The notes below the pieces were generated by a model. It was not told the DNA's origin. It saw nothing but the letters and a program-made list of their open reading frames with translations, and did no database searches. The position numbers and the translations under genes are program-made. From Vulcanisaeta sp. AZ3 (GTDB taxonomy: Archaea > Thermoproteota > Thermoprotei > Thermoproteales > Thermocladiaceae), in NCBI GenBank assembly GCA_000960865.2, contig JZWU02000002.1:32656-96655 (forward strand): a stretch of 64,000 bases of DNA, written 5' to 3'. This document shows, piece after piece, positions 20,168 to 30,327 of the stretch (position 1 is the stretch's first letter; every line of letters starts with the position of its first letter).

Positions 20168-21082
20168 ATGAGTAAGGAGGGTACTTGGTTTATGGAGTTT
20201 AATACACCTTTTAGTTGGCATGTTAGGGGTATTAGGAGGGTGTTGTATAGTGGTGTTACTAAGTATCAGCGTATTGCTATTGTTGAGTTTGAGGATTTGG
20301 GTAAGGCGTTAATACTCGATGGTAAGACTCAAAGTTCCGCCTACGATGAGTTTGTGTATCATGAATCCTTAGTGCATCCAGTAATGATTACTCATCCAAG
20401 TCCAAGAAGAGTCTTGATATTGGGTGGTGGTGAGGGTGCCACTGCTAGGGAGGTTTTAAGGTATGGGAGTGTTGAGGAGGTTGTTATGGTGGATATTGAT
20501 GATGAGGTCATTAGGGTCGTTAAGGAGTACTTACCCGAGATGAGTCAGGGTGCCTTCGATGACCCAAGGTTAAGGCTTGTGATTTCAGATGGTAGGAAAT
20601 TCCTTGAGGAGTCTAGGGATAGGTATGATGTGATTATCTTGGATTTAACGGATCCGCTTGAGGGTGGTCCATCTTATCTCTTGTATACTGTAGAGTTCTA
20701 TAATATTGTTAAGGATAGGCTTAGTGAGGATGGTTTGATGGTTACGCAGGCAACATCAACTCATTATTCAGTTAGGACCTTTGCCACTATATATAGGACT
20801 GTATCCTCAGTGTTCCCAATAGCTAGGGCGTACCACGTGTACATGCCAGCCTTCGATAGTACTTGGGGCTTCGTGATAGGCTCTAAGAAGTTAGACCCAA
20901 CAGCCTTGCAGCCAGAGGAGGTGGATAGGAGGATTAGGGAGAGGGTTAGGGGTGAGCTTAGGTTTTACGAGGGAGTAATACATAGTGCCATTTTTGCATT
21001 GCCAAAGCATATTAGGCGTTTGCTTGCGGATCCATCAATAGAGCCCGCAAGGGATAATAAACCAACATTTATGCCCGCATAA
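20168..21082 (+). CDS. speE: Polyamine aminopropyltransferase (spermidine synthase)
   Basis: DEFVYHESLVHP, VLILGGGEGATARE, VMVDID, DVIILDLTDP; start 20150-20168. Confidence 0.95.
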   Translation: MSKEGTWFMEFNTPFSWHVRGIRRVLYSGVTKYQRIAIVEFEDLGKALILDGKTQSSAYDEFVYHESLVHPVMITHPSPRRVLILGGGEGATAREVLRYGSVEEVVMVDIDDEVIRVVKEYLPEMSQGAFDDPRLRLVISDGRKFLEESRDRYDVIILDLTDPLEGGPSYLLYTVEFYNIVKDRLSEDGLMVTQATSTHYSVRTFATIYRTVSSVFPIARAYHVYMPAFDSTWGFVIGSKKLDPTALQPEEVDRRIRERVRGELRFYEGVIHSAIFALPKHIRRLLADPSIEPARDNKPTFMPA

Positions 21083-21157
21083 TAAACACCATAACTAACC
21101 TGTATCAAAGAGTACGGCTATTTAATACTTAAAAATTACTTAAGTGAGGAGGCGACC

Positions 21158-22771
21158 GTGGATAATAGTGCAGAGAGGAGGCCCGTATTATTCCTCAGAG
21201 AGGCCACGGGCCTTGTTCGTGAAATAAGTCCTTGGTCCTCTGTGAGTGCGGTCTTCGGCTTGATAACTGGTGGTGTGCCTCTATTAATAGCCAGTTGGTT
21301 CTTTCTCGCACCGTCAATTAATGGCATTGCTTCATGGACCTTGGGCTATATAATAACGTTAATACCAATACTTGGCTTAACATTTCTATTCTACGTGGCA
21401 GGAATTACAATGCCTAGGTCTGGTGGGGATTACGTATTTAACAGTAGGGCTTCTCACCCAGTGATTGGATTAATGAATTATGCAGCCCTATGGATTGCCT
21501 TTGCAATATCCCTCGGCTTTTACAGCACACTAGGCGCTGCTTGGCTTGGCAACTTACTAACTGGGCTTGGCCTTTATTACCATAATCCAAGCCTCATGGG
21601 CATTGGTAATTGGATAATGGGTATTGATGGCGAGTTGATTGTAGGTGCGATACTTATAATATACGCCATTGCCTTGAGCATACATCCTAGGGTTCAATGG
21701 TCATTCATGAAGTGGAGTGGTGTGGTTACATTAATAGCTACTGTAATAACTTTCGTGGGCTTCGCCATGGTTAGCAAATCCATATTTTATGCGAATCTGG
21801 CAAAAATAAGTGGTGTTTCAGATCTTGTCAGTATTGTTGTGAATGATGCTGTTAAGGCTGGTATGAGCTTTAAGCCCTGGACTTATGCTGCAATGCTCTC
21901 CATAGCACCCATTTGGTATTACTTCTCTTGGCAAAACATGCCTGTTTCCTGGGCTGGTGAGATGAGGCAGGTTAGGAAGAACATGTTTTACTCAACAATT
22001 ATCGCCGTGCTCATAATAGCTGCATACTATATCATATATACTGACTTATTACTGCATGCCTTTGGTAATGAGTTCCTCACAGCCTACACATACCTATACA
22101 ATAACAATATTAGTGATCCGGTGGCCAATGCCCTCTCATCAATAGGGCCATTCCCACCCTTCTTCCTACTCCTAGCCACTGGTAGTATGGCTCTATACTT
22201 CATTTCCTGGTTCGCCTTCTGGTGGCCCAATACCTACTCAAATGTACCTCTAGTGACTGCTTTAGTTAGGTATCTCTTTGCCTGGGCCTTCGATAGGGTT
22301 GCTCCTGCGAGACTTGGTGATGTGAGTGAGAGGTTTCATACGCCAACCTGGGCTTTGGTTGTTGTTGGTATTGTGGGTTTCATAGGCATGGTGATGTATG
22401 TCACAATAACTGTGTTAACCACTGTGGATGTGACCACAGTCTTTGAAATAAGCTATGCAGTCTTTGCCTTAGTAGCCGCCCTGATGCCCTTTGTTAGGAG
22501 GTCAGTTTATGAAAGGTATGTACCAATAAGGATAAGGATTCTCGGTATTCCCCTAATATCTTGGATTGGCTTTGCTGTCTTTGCCTTCTTAGTGTGGGCG
22601 TTATTAATAACCTGGGGCAATCCAATACTACTGCCTATAAACACACCAACCATAATCTCACTCGTAATCATGTACTCCATAGGTATTATTATGTACCTAA
22701 TCGCCCGATTCATAAACGCCAGAAAGGGCATAAACCTAGACGCCTTATTCCAAGAGATACCACCAGAATAG
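21158..22771 (+). CDS. APC-family amino acid/polyamine permease
   Basis: FLREATGLVRE, MPRSGGDYVFNSR, RYLFAWAFD, FQEIPPE C-terminus. Confidence 0.9.
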   Translation: MDNSAERRPVLFLREATGLVREISPWSSVSAVFGLITGGVPLLIASWFFLAPSINGIASWTLGYIITLIPILGLTFLFYVAGITMPRSGGDYVFNSRASHPVIGLMNYAALWIAFAISLGFYSTLGAAWLGNLLTGLGLYYHNPSLMGIGNWIMGIDGELIVGAILIIYAIALSIHPRVQWSFMKWSGVVTLIATVITFVGFAMVSKSIFYANLAKISGVSDLVSIVVNDAVKAGMSFKPWTYAAMLSIAPIWYYFSWQNMPVSWAGEMRQVRKNMFYSTIIAVLIIAAYYIIYTDLLLHAFGNEFLTAYTYLYNNNISDPVANALSSIGPFPPFFLLLATGSMALYFISWFAFWWPNTYSNVPLVTALVRYLFAWAFDRVAPARLGDVSERFHTPTWALVVVGIVGFIGMVMYVTITVLTTVDVTTVFEISYAVFALVAALMPFVRRSVYERYVPIRIRILGIPLISWIGFAVFAFLVWALLITWGNPILLPINTPTIISLVIMYSIGIIMYLIARFINARKGINLDALFQEIPPE

Positions 22772-22784
22772 TTACCATTAAAAG

Positions 22785-23630
22785 TCATGTTTTCCTGCTT
22801 ATAACTAGAAATGACGTTGCCAGGTACTTAAGAGGTGTCCGTATACCAAGTATTCTATCCAACTCATACAGTAATGAGGCAAACCTTTTAATGCCACCAT
22901 CGCCCCATTGGTGGAGTCTTGATGGTACTATGTTAGAGAGTACGTGAATACCCCTCATATCGACTATCTTAAAACCATACCTACTCAATATTCCTGCAAT
23001 CTCTTTAAAGGTGAAGAACCTATAGGGTATAGCTTCATCATGCGTATACCAATAACCAATACGCCCCTTGCCATCAAGTAGTCCCATTAGGAAATCCTTC
23101 ATCGAGACTCCACCGAGCATTGCTTCATACGCCATATCCATGCATAGGAGGTTATCAATGTCAAAGATTAAATAACCATCCCTCATTAAGACCCTAGCCA
23201 CGTCCTTAAAGGCATCCTCAGCCTTAATAATATGATTAAATACACTACCATACGCAATAACAGCATCGAAATACTCATCCCTAAATGGAAGCCTCACAGC
23301 GTCACCCTGGACAGGATCACTGCACCTCCCAATGTTTATGCACCTACTTAATGATGCTCGAGATATGTCTAGGCTAATCACATGATAGCCACGTAATCTT
23401 AATAATTTACTCCAAATACCTGTACCGCTACCTAGGTCCAAAACCTTGCTCCTTATCTTAACGCCGTTGAAGTACTCCTTAAATACGTCATAGAGCGCGC
23501 CATATAGGTGTTTATAGTATTTTGAGGATTTTAGGTAAATCTTTTCATACATGGGAGCAACGCCATCGTAAAGTGTAGTTACGCGACGTTCGCTCAACCC
23601 ATCATTAGATGAGGAATCCTCATCCTCCAC
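22785..23630 (-). CDS. Class I SAM-dependent methyltransferase
   Basis: VLDLGSGTG, LDIS, GDAVRLPFRDEYFD, RVLMRDG. Confidence 0.9.
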   Translation of the reverse strand: MEDEDSSSNDGLSERRVTTLYDGVAPMYEKIYLKSSKYYKHLYGALYDVFKEYFNGVKIRSKVLDLGSGTGIWSKLLRLRGYHVISLDISRASLSRCINIGRCSDPVQGDAVRLPFRDEYFDAVIAYGSVFNHIIKAEDAFKDVARVLMRDGYLIFDIDNLLCMDMAYEAMLGGVSMKDFLMGLLDGKGRIGYWYTHDEAIPYRFFTFKEIAGILSRYGFKIVDMRGIHVLSNIVPSRLHQWGDGGIKRFASLLYELDRILGIRTPLKYLATSFLVISRKT

Positions 23631-23766
23631 CTCCTATCTACCGTAATTGCAACTACAATGTTTAATTTATAAGTGCTTCTATCATGATGATTAATTAATA
23701 TTTTTACCTAAACCCAACAATATTTAGTTATGAGTAAGATGGTAAGTAAGAACGTGGTGAACAATA

Positions 23767-24753
23767 TTAACCCCTAACGAATATCTTATCTTTCAACTTA
23801 CCATCATCAAGTATTAAGTAAGCAAGCCTAAGTGTACCAACCATATACTCACTACCTGCATTAACCACGGGAACCCTACGACCACACCTACAATTTAAAT
23901 AATCAATACCTGGCGATTCATGAATATGGCCATGGAGACCGATTGCTGGCCCGTAATTCTCGAGAACCTCCTTGACAGCTGCACTACCCACGTGCTGCAT
24001 CATCATTTCTCCACCAACAATGATGGGTTTCAAATCTGGTGTTAATTTTGGTGCCAGGTCTATTGATGTGTTTATTGGTGGTACGTGTATTGCAGCTAAT
24101 ACCCTATCCATCTTATTAGCATCTACTTGACTGAATAGTTTATCAAGCCTAAACCTAATTTCCTCTTCTGTTAACTCCCTCTCTGTATGCCATGGTGTTG
24201 GATTTGAATATCCAAAGCCAAGTATTATGTACTTATTAAACTCGATAATTCTCTCATCACCATATATCAATACATCATCATCTAACTTCCTTATACTATC
24301 TACGAAAATGTGTGGATCATCATTGCCTGGAAAGTAAAAGAGTTTTACGTTGAATTGCCTATATCTCTCCTCAACCTTCATCATCCACTCTTCAAAACTA
24401 CTAATCATTAACTTAGTGAGTACTTGATTTACCTTGGCTGGCGATTGTAATAAATCATCATACTCCTCCTTAGTGACCATATATGGATAATAACCGCTAT
24501 TCCTAGCGTCCCTCATAACTGAGTCTAATTTACTTTCATCGAAAGTTTTAACCTCACCGAATAAGTTGGTTGTGTATTTACCGTTGTCGAGTCTAATGAT
24601 GGGCATTAAGGCCTTACCTGTTAAGTCGCCACAGAGTATTACAATGTCTGCCTTGTATATTTTCGGTACATTAGAAAGCTTTGCATAGGCAACCTCTGAC
24701 CCATGAAGGTCAGACACAAGCACAACCCTAATCTTATCTCCCATCTCCGACAT
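23767..24753 (-). CDS. Calcineurin-like metallophosphoesterase
   Basis: SDLHG, CGDLTGK, PGNDD, HVPP, HGHIHES; real start likely 24753 or 24744 rather than 24903. Confidence 0.88.
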   Translation of the reverse strand: MSEMGDKIRVVLVSDLHGSEVAYAKLSNVPKIYKADIVILCGDLTGKALMPIIRLDNGKYTTNLFGEVKTFDESKLDSVMRDARNSGYYPYMVTKEEYDDLLQSPAKVNQVLTKLMISSFEEWMMKVEERYRQFNVKLFYFPGNDDPHIFVDSIRKLDDDVLIYGDERIIEFNKYIILGFGYSNPTPWHTERELTEEEIRFRLDKLFSQVDANKMDRVLAAIHVPPINTSIDLAPKLTPDLKPIIVGGEMMMQHVGSAAVKEVLENYGPAIGLHGHIHESPGIDYLNCRCGRRVPVVNAGSEYMVGTLRLAYLILDDGKLKDKIFVRG

Positions 24754-24856
24754 GAACGTGAATAAGAACCTTTTAAGAGTTTCCCATAATTCAAGACAAA
24801 ATAATACTATAAACAATAAAACACTTATATAAAACAGAAACCAATAATGAGTTAAG

Positions 24857-25615
24857 ATGATCGCTAGCCATGCCGAGGATATATTGAAACGCGGGTTAAG
24901 CATGGTTAACGCTTGCGATGAAGATAAAGCAATCTGTAGGCTACTTGGTGGTGTGGCTGTTTACTACTTAGTCCATGATATATATCAAGAAGTCCCAGCC
25001 CTGGCTAGAGTGCCCAAGGACATAGATCTAGCAGGGCGTAGGAAGGAGTCTCAGAGATTGATTAAGGCATTGGAGGGCTTGGGGTTAGTTGCGGATAAGC
25101 GCTTCAATGCGTTACATGGTTGGGAGAGACTTAAGTTCGTAGATCCACAATTCAACCTTAAGGTGGATGTATTCCTTGACACGTTCAGAGAGAGTCATGT
25201 GATAGAGCTTGATGATAGGCTTGGCGTTTTCACACCAACAATACCGCCAAGTGATTTATTAATGACTAAGTTGCAGATTTGGGAGATAAATGAGAAGGAT
25301 ATTAAGGATATAATAGCCATGCTCTACAAACTCGAACTTAGTGATAAAGACTCAAGCAGTACGATAGATATTAATAGAATAATTCAATTAACATCGAACG
25401 ATTGGGGATTATACAAAACAACAACGATAAACCTAGACAGGACAATAAATTACATGAACACGATCGAATTACCGATGAATGTGAAGGATAGAGTTACGAA
25501 TAACATAAGTATGCTAAGACAGAGAATAGAGGAGGCGCCTAAATCCATAAAGTGGAGGATGAGAGCAGCGATAGGAGAGAGAGTTAAATGGTACGAAACG
25601 CCTGAGGAGGCATGA
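24857..25615 (+). CDS. Uncharacterised Pol-beta-like nucleotidyltransferase-fold protein
   Basis: LLGGVAV...KDIDL...KVDVF (GG, DxD and third Asp); DLLMTKLQI..NEKD..D. Confidence 0.7.
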   Translation: MIASHAEDILKRGLSMVNACDEDKAICRLLGGVAVYYLVHDIYQEVPALARVPKDIDLAGRRKESQRLIKALEGLGLVADKRFNALHGWERLKFVDPQFNLKVDVFLDTFRESHVIELDDRLGVFTPTIPPSDLLMTKLQIWEINEKDIKDIIAMLYKLELSDKDSSSTIDINRIIQLTSNDWGLYKTTTINLDRTINYMNTIELPMNVKDRVTNNISMLRQRIEEAPKSIKWRMRAAIGERVKWYETPEEA

Positions 25616-25700
25616 CAAATATGTACCTAACGGGTGCCATTAATTACGCATGGTTAGTAAAGGTTAAAAAGGAACTGCGGGCGTAAGTGAATGATTAAGT

Positions 25701-25862
25701 ATGCCTAGTCATGGATCGCTCACAAAGGCAGGTAAGGTGAGGAGTCAAACGCCAAAGATTCCAGCTAAACCTAGGAAGAATCTTGTTCCTAGGAGGAGGA
25801 ATTATCGTAATTATAGGCGCTTGTTATATAGATTAGGCCAACAACAAGCCGCTCCCTCATAA
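25701..25862 (+). CDS. rps30e: 30S ribosomal protein S30e (missing from the ORF track)
   Basis: [27 protein letters not shown]...; 53 aa. Confidence 0.96.
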   Translation: MPSHGSLTKAGKVRSQTPKIPAKPRKNLVPRRRNYRNYRRLLYRLGQQQAAPS

Positions 25863-26078
25863 GAGAGGATTTACAAATCCTAGTCTCTTTGTAATACTTG
25901 TATATGTTCCTCTCTTGTTTTTATCCTGATTACCCCAGGAGTATGTAGGCCTAAACTTGTTGTGTAGGCTATGATTTGTTACACGTGGCATTATGTCTTA
26001 GGTTGGTAATTGATATCTTGGTATATATTTGCCTTATTCTTTAGTGCCTTTTTAATTGGGCTGTTTTATTTGGTTTTG

Positions 26079-26582
26079 ATGGGGGTTTCATACCTAGTGC
26101 AGAGTGTTAAGGCTGTATTGACCCGTGATATGGAGGGGGTTGATCTAGGGCTCATGAGTATAGGTCCGGCTAAGGCTGGTTCAGTAATTAATGCGCCATC
26201 TAGTGTGGTTGAGGTTCTTATTAGGCGTGGCTTTGCCTCATTAGATGAGGGGGATAGGGTTGATAATAAGGATATTATTAAGTGGATTTGGCTTGAGAAT
26301 AGAGATCCAAGTGCATTAAGGGAGGAATTCCCTAGAGATTTTTACGTGAGGGCTAGGCTATCAATAATTAGTGAGCAGGGTAGTAATAACAAGGTTTCGA
26401 TCCAACAGTTAAGAGAGTTAATACAAGTGAGGCTTAGGAAGATACTTATGTTCATTGCTATGAATCCATCGATTGCGGAGTCCAGTGAGTTCTTAAGTAG
26501 ATTAACGCCAGAGGAGGTGTTTCTCGTTAAATCAGTAGCTCCAATAATTAAGGATTACTTGAACTCCATGGTGGGCCTATGA
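26079..26582 (+). CDS. GINS subunit (Gins23-like)
   Basis: Overlaps the mcm start; FPRDFYVRA, VRLRKI, LTPEE; likely start 26079. Confidence 0.7.
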   Translation: MGVSYLVQSVKAVLTRDMEGVDLGLMSIGPAKAGSVINAPSSVVEVLIRRGFASLDEGDRVDNKDIIKWIWLENRDPSALREEFPRDFYVRARLSIISEQGSNNKVSIQQLRELIQVRLRKILMFIAMNPSIAESSEFLSRLTPEEVFLVKSVAPIIKDYLNSMVGL

Positions 26583-28642
26583 GTGGTATTGAGCAGACCG
26601 AGGTTAGCTTGGACACTTTGATTCAGAGTCTTAAGGGATTTGTGGAGTCTAGTAATGAGTATATCGATGAAATAAATAATATGATTATACAGAGGAAGAG
26701 GTCCCTCGTTGTTGACTTCCATGACTTGCTAATAAGTAATAAGGATATTGCTGAAATGCTTCTTGAGAAGCCTCAATTAATTATTCAAGCCGGTTCGGAG
26801 GCTGTTAGACAGGCAATAACTGAGAGGGATCCAGAACTTGCTAAGTCAATAAGGAACTTCTACATGAGGTTTAGGAGGTTACCCGAGGCAATACCGATTA
26901 GGAAGCTTAGAAGTGAGGTTCTTGGGAGGTTAATAATGGTTGAGGGTATAATAACTAGGCAAACACCGCCAAAACATTACTTAAGGAAATCAGTTTTCCG
27001 GTGCAGTCAATGCGGTTATGAGATGGAGATTCCTCAAACAACCACGGGCTTTGTACAACCACCGAAAAGGTGCCCTAAGTGTGGTGCTGTAAATAGTATG
27101 GTATTTGTTGAAGAGAGGAGTGAGTTTATTGATTGGCAAAAGGTGATTGTTCAGGAGAAGCCTGAAGAGTTACCGCCAGGTCAGTTACCAAGGAGTATAG
27201 AGGCAATACTCCTCGATGACTTAGTTGATACGGTAAAGCCGGGTGATAGGGTTTACCTGGTAGGTATAATGAACTTGAACCTGGCAGATCTGAGGAAGGG
27301 TAGGCCGCCCGTTGTTTCGAGCTTTATGGAGGTTAATTTCATAGAGAATCAGCAAAAGGAGTTGGTGGAGATTGAGATTACGCCTGAGGATGAGAAGAAA
27401 ATACTTGAATTAGCCAAGTCCCCCAACATTAGGGAGAGGATAACAAAGTCAATAGCACCGTCGATATATGGAATGGAGGACATTAAGGAAGCAATAGCGT
27501 GCTTGCTCTTCGGCGGTATACCTAAGGTATACCCAGATGGCATTAGAGTTAGGGGTGATGTGCACATACTCCTTGTTGGTGATCCAGGCATGGCTAAGAC
27601 ACAACTACTTAGGTTTGTGACTAAGATAGCACCGAGAGCCGTGTACACCACGGGTAAGGGGTCCTCTGCAGCCGGGTTAACGGCAGCAGTAGTTCGTGAG
27701 AAAGATACGGGGGAGTTTTACCTCGAGGCTGGTGCCCTCGTACTAGCAGATACTGGTGTTGCTGTTATTGATGAGATTGATAAGATGGATGCGAAGGATA
27801 GAGTGGCGATTCATGAGGCTCTTGAGCAACAGACTGTGTCTATAGCTAAGGCGGGCATTGTAGCTACGCTGAATGCCAGGTGTAGTGTGTTGGCTGCTGC
27901 TAATCCAGCATTTGGTAGGTACTTACCGAATAGGACTGTGGCTGAGAATGTTGATTTACCAGTGACGCTGCTCTCTAGGTTTGACTTAATATTCATTATC
28001 AGGGATGAACCTAATTTAGATAAGGATAAGGCGATTGCTGAGCATATAACCACACTACATGCTGGTGAAGTCCCTGAGGGATTCGCAGATATAATACCAC
28101 CAGACCTACTTAGAAAGTACATTGCTTATGCTCGTAAGAACATAAAGCCCGTACTAACGCCTGAGGCTAGGGAGAGGATCGTTCAATTCTATATCCAGAT
28201 GAGAACTAAGTCCAAAGAACCTGACTCGCCAATAGCCATAACGGCTAGGCAGTTAGAGGCTCTTATTAGATTGGCCGAGGCTGAGGCTAAGATGAGGCTT
28301 AGCCCTGTGGTTGAGAGTGAGGATGCTGATAATGCCATTAGATTATTCCTGAAGTACTTGAACAGCGTGGGTATTGATGTTGAGTCAGGGAAGATAGATA
28401 TAGATATAATAATGACTGGGAAGCCTAAGTCGGCTCAGGAGAGGCTTGCCTTAATAATGAATATACTAACGCAGTTGGAGGAGGCTAATGGCGGTAAGCC
28501 TGTGAGGATTGAGGATCTGTATAGGGAGGCTGAGTCTGCTGGTTTGGATAGGCAGTTTGTTGATAAGACTGTGAATATGCTCTTGAAGTCTGGTGATATA
28601 TACATGCCTAAACCTGGCTATGTTAAGAGAGTTCTTGTATAA
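26579..28642 (+). CDS. mcm: Replicative helicase MCM (no intein)
   Basis: Zn finger, GQLPRS, GDPGMAKTQ, IDEIDKM, AAANP, LSRFD, ITARQLE. Confidence 0.98.
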   Translation: MSGIEQTEVSLDTLIQSLKGFVESSNEYIDEINNMIIQRKRSLVVDFHDLLISNKDIAEMLLEKPQLIIQAGSEAVRQAITERDPELAKSIRNFYMRFRRLPEAIPIRKLRSEVLGRLIMVEGIITRQTPPKHYLRKSVFRCSQCGYEMEIPQTTTGFVQPPKRCPKCGAVNSMVFVEERSEFIDWQKVIVQEKPEELPPGQLPRSIEAILLDDLVDTVKPGDRVYLVGIMNLNLADLRKGRPPVVSSFMEVNFIENQQKELVEIEITPEDEKKILELAKSPNIRERITKSIAPSIYGMEDIKEAIACLLFGGIPKVYPDGIRVRGDVHILLVGDPGMAKTQLLRFVTKIAPRAVYTTGKGSSAAGLTAAVVREKDTGEFYLEAGALVLADTGVAVIDEIDKMDAKDRVAIHEALEQQTVSIAKAGIVATLNARCSVLAAANPAFGRYLPNRTVAENVDLPVTLLSRFDLIFIIRDEPNLDKDKAIAEHITTLHAGEVPEGFADIIPPDLLRKYIAYARKNIKPVLTPEARERIVQFYIQMRTKSKEPDSPIAITARQLEALIRLAEAEAKMRLSPVVESEDADNAIRLFLKYLNSVGIDVESGKIDIDIIMTGKPKSAQERLALIMNILTQLEEANGGKPVRIEDLYREAESAGLDRQFVDKTVNMLLKSGDIYMPKPGYVKRVLV

Positions 28643-28908
28643 AAATTAAAGACACTAATGCTTTCTAAGATGATTTTTACCAATTAATGAATTAGACATA
28701 GTACTAATGAGATTAGGAGTGATGTAGCATTAACCATAGAGAGACCGATGATAGAACTAAAGGAGTTGGGATTGGGTTAAGAGGATGCTGGTTGTGAGAT
28801 TTTGAATAATCATTACGATTAACTTAAATATATTTTAGATTTAATGCAATTCTTTAGTTAAATATTTAAACAAAATACTTATTTAACTCAGTATTATTTT
28901 ACAAATAT

Positions 28909-30315
28909 ATGGGGCTTCCTAAGGGCTTTGTTGAAGGTCTTGAGAGGATTGTTGGTCATGATAATGTCATTACAGATGAAGTTGAGTTACTAGTTTATGA
29001 GGCTGATGGTTCTCTGGCGATGACTGCTAGGCCTGACGTTGTTGTCTTCCCTGGCAGTACTGAGGAGGCTTCTAAGGTTTTGAGGCTTGCCTGGGATTAT
29101 AGGGTTCCCATTGTTGGTCGTGGTTCAGGGACTAGTCTTAGTGGTGGTGCTCAGGCTGTCAATGGTGGTGTTATTGTTTCATTGAGTAGGATGAGGAGGA
29201 TTTTGGATATTGATATTGATAATGAGGTTGTTACTGTTGAGGCTGGTGTTGTTAATGGTTGGATTGATGAGGCTCTTAGGAAGTATGGTTATCAATATGC
29301 CATAGATCTTGGTTATTTCTATCCTGCTGATCCTGGTAGTCAGAGGACTGCTACGATTGGTGGTAATATTGGGCATAATGCCGGTGGTGTTAAGTGCTTT
29401 AAGTATGGTGTTACTGTTAATCAGGTCAGGGGTTTGGAGGTTGTTCTCCCGAATGGGGAGGTTAGGTTCTTTGGTGGTAAGACCGTTGAGAATCCAGGTT
29501 ATGATCTAGTTGGTATAACTGTGGGTTCTGAGGGAACCTTTGGAATAGTGACTAAGGCAATACTTAGGATTGCCCCCTCCTATGAAGCTAGCAGAACGAT
29601 ATTGGCAGCTTTTGATTCATTGGAGAAGGTTGGGAATGCAGTGTTTAGGATAATTGGTTCTGGGATTAGGCCCGTAGCGCTTGAATTAATGGATAACCTA
29701 GCCATAAAAGCCGTGGAGTCAGGCCCATTTGCTGGCGGTCTACCTCAAGATGCCGAAGCAATACTTCTGGTGCAGGTTGAGGGTTCGCCACCAGGTGCTG
29801 AGACTGAGGCTGGGAAGGTCGTGGAGATCCTTAAGGAGGCTGGGGCTTACATGGTTAAGCAAGCCTCAAGTCCTGCTGAGGCGAATAGGTGGTGGAATGC
29901 GCGTAAGAATGCCTTTGGGGCTATGGGTTATGTAGGTCCTAATTACTTAACTGAGGATATAACAATACCTAGGCGTAAGTTGGCTGAGGCTTTAACTACG
30001 ATTAGGAATATGGGTATGAGGTATGGCTTGAGGGTTGCCTTTGTTTTTCATGCTGGTGATGGTAACTTACACCCATTAATACTCTATGATGAGAGGAAGA
30101 CTGATGAGAAGAGAAGGGCGCTTGAGATGGGTGATGAAATATTCAAGGTTTGCGTTGAGATGGGTGGAACCATAACTGGTGAGCATGGGGTTGGGTATTA
30201 TAAGAAGAAGTTCATGCCCTTAATATACAATGAACTTGAGCTAAACGTAATGAAGAATGTCAAGTCTGTCTTTGATCCGCTCGGTATAATGAATCCAGGC
30301 AAGATATTCCCGTGA
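28909..30315 (+). CDS. glcD: Glycolate/D-lactate oxidase FAD subunit
   Basis: RGSGTSLSGG, DPGSQ, NAGG...KYGVT, GSEGTFG, HAGDGNLHP, GEHGVG, NPGKIF. Confidence 0.9.
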   Translation: MGLPKGFVEGLERIVGHDNVITDEVELLVYEADGSLAMTARPDVVVFPGSTEEASKVLRLAWDYRVPIVGRGSGTSLSGGAQAVNGGVIVSLSRMRRILDIDIDNEVVTVEAGVVNGWIDEALRKYGYQYAIDLGYFYPADPGSQRTATIGGNIGHNAGGVKCFKYGVTVNQVRGLEVVLPNGEVRFFGGKTVENPGYDLVGITVGSEGTFGIVTKAILRIAPSYEASRTILAAFDSLEKVGNAVFRIIGSGIRPVALELMDNLAIKAVESGPFAGGLPQDAEAILLVQVEGSPPGAETEAGKVVEILKEAGAYMVKQASSPAEANRWWNARKNAFGAMGYVGPNYLTEDITIPRRKLAEALTTIRNMGMRYGLRVAFVFHAGDGNLHPLILYDERKTDEKRRALEMGDEIFKVCVEMGGTITGEHGVGYYKKKFMPLIYNELELNVMKNVKSVFDPLGIMNPGKIFP

Positions 30316-30327
30316 GGTGGTTCCTCC

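Noticed and set aside
28715-28775. C/D-like words GTGATGTA and GATGATA after mcm
   Set aside because: No D box at the right spacing
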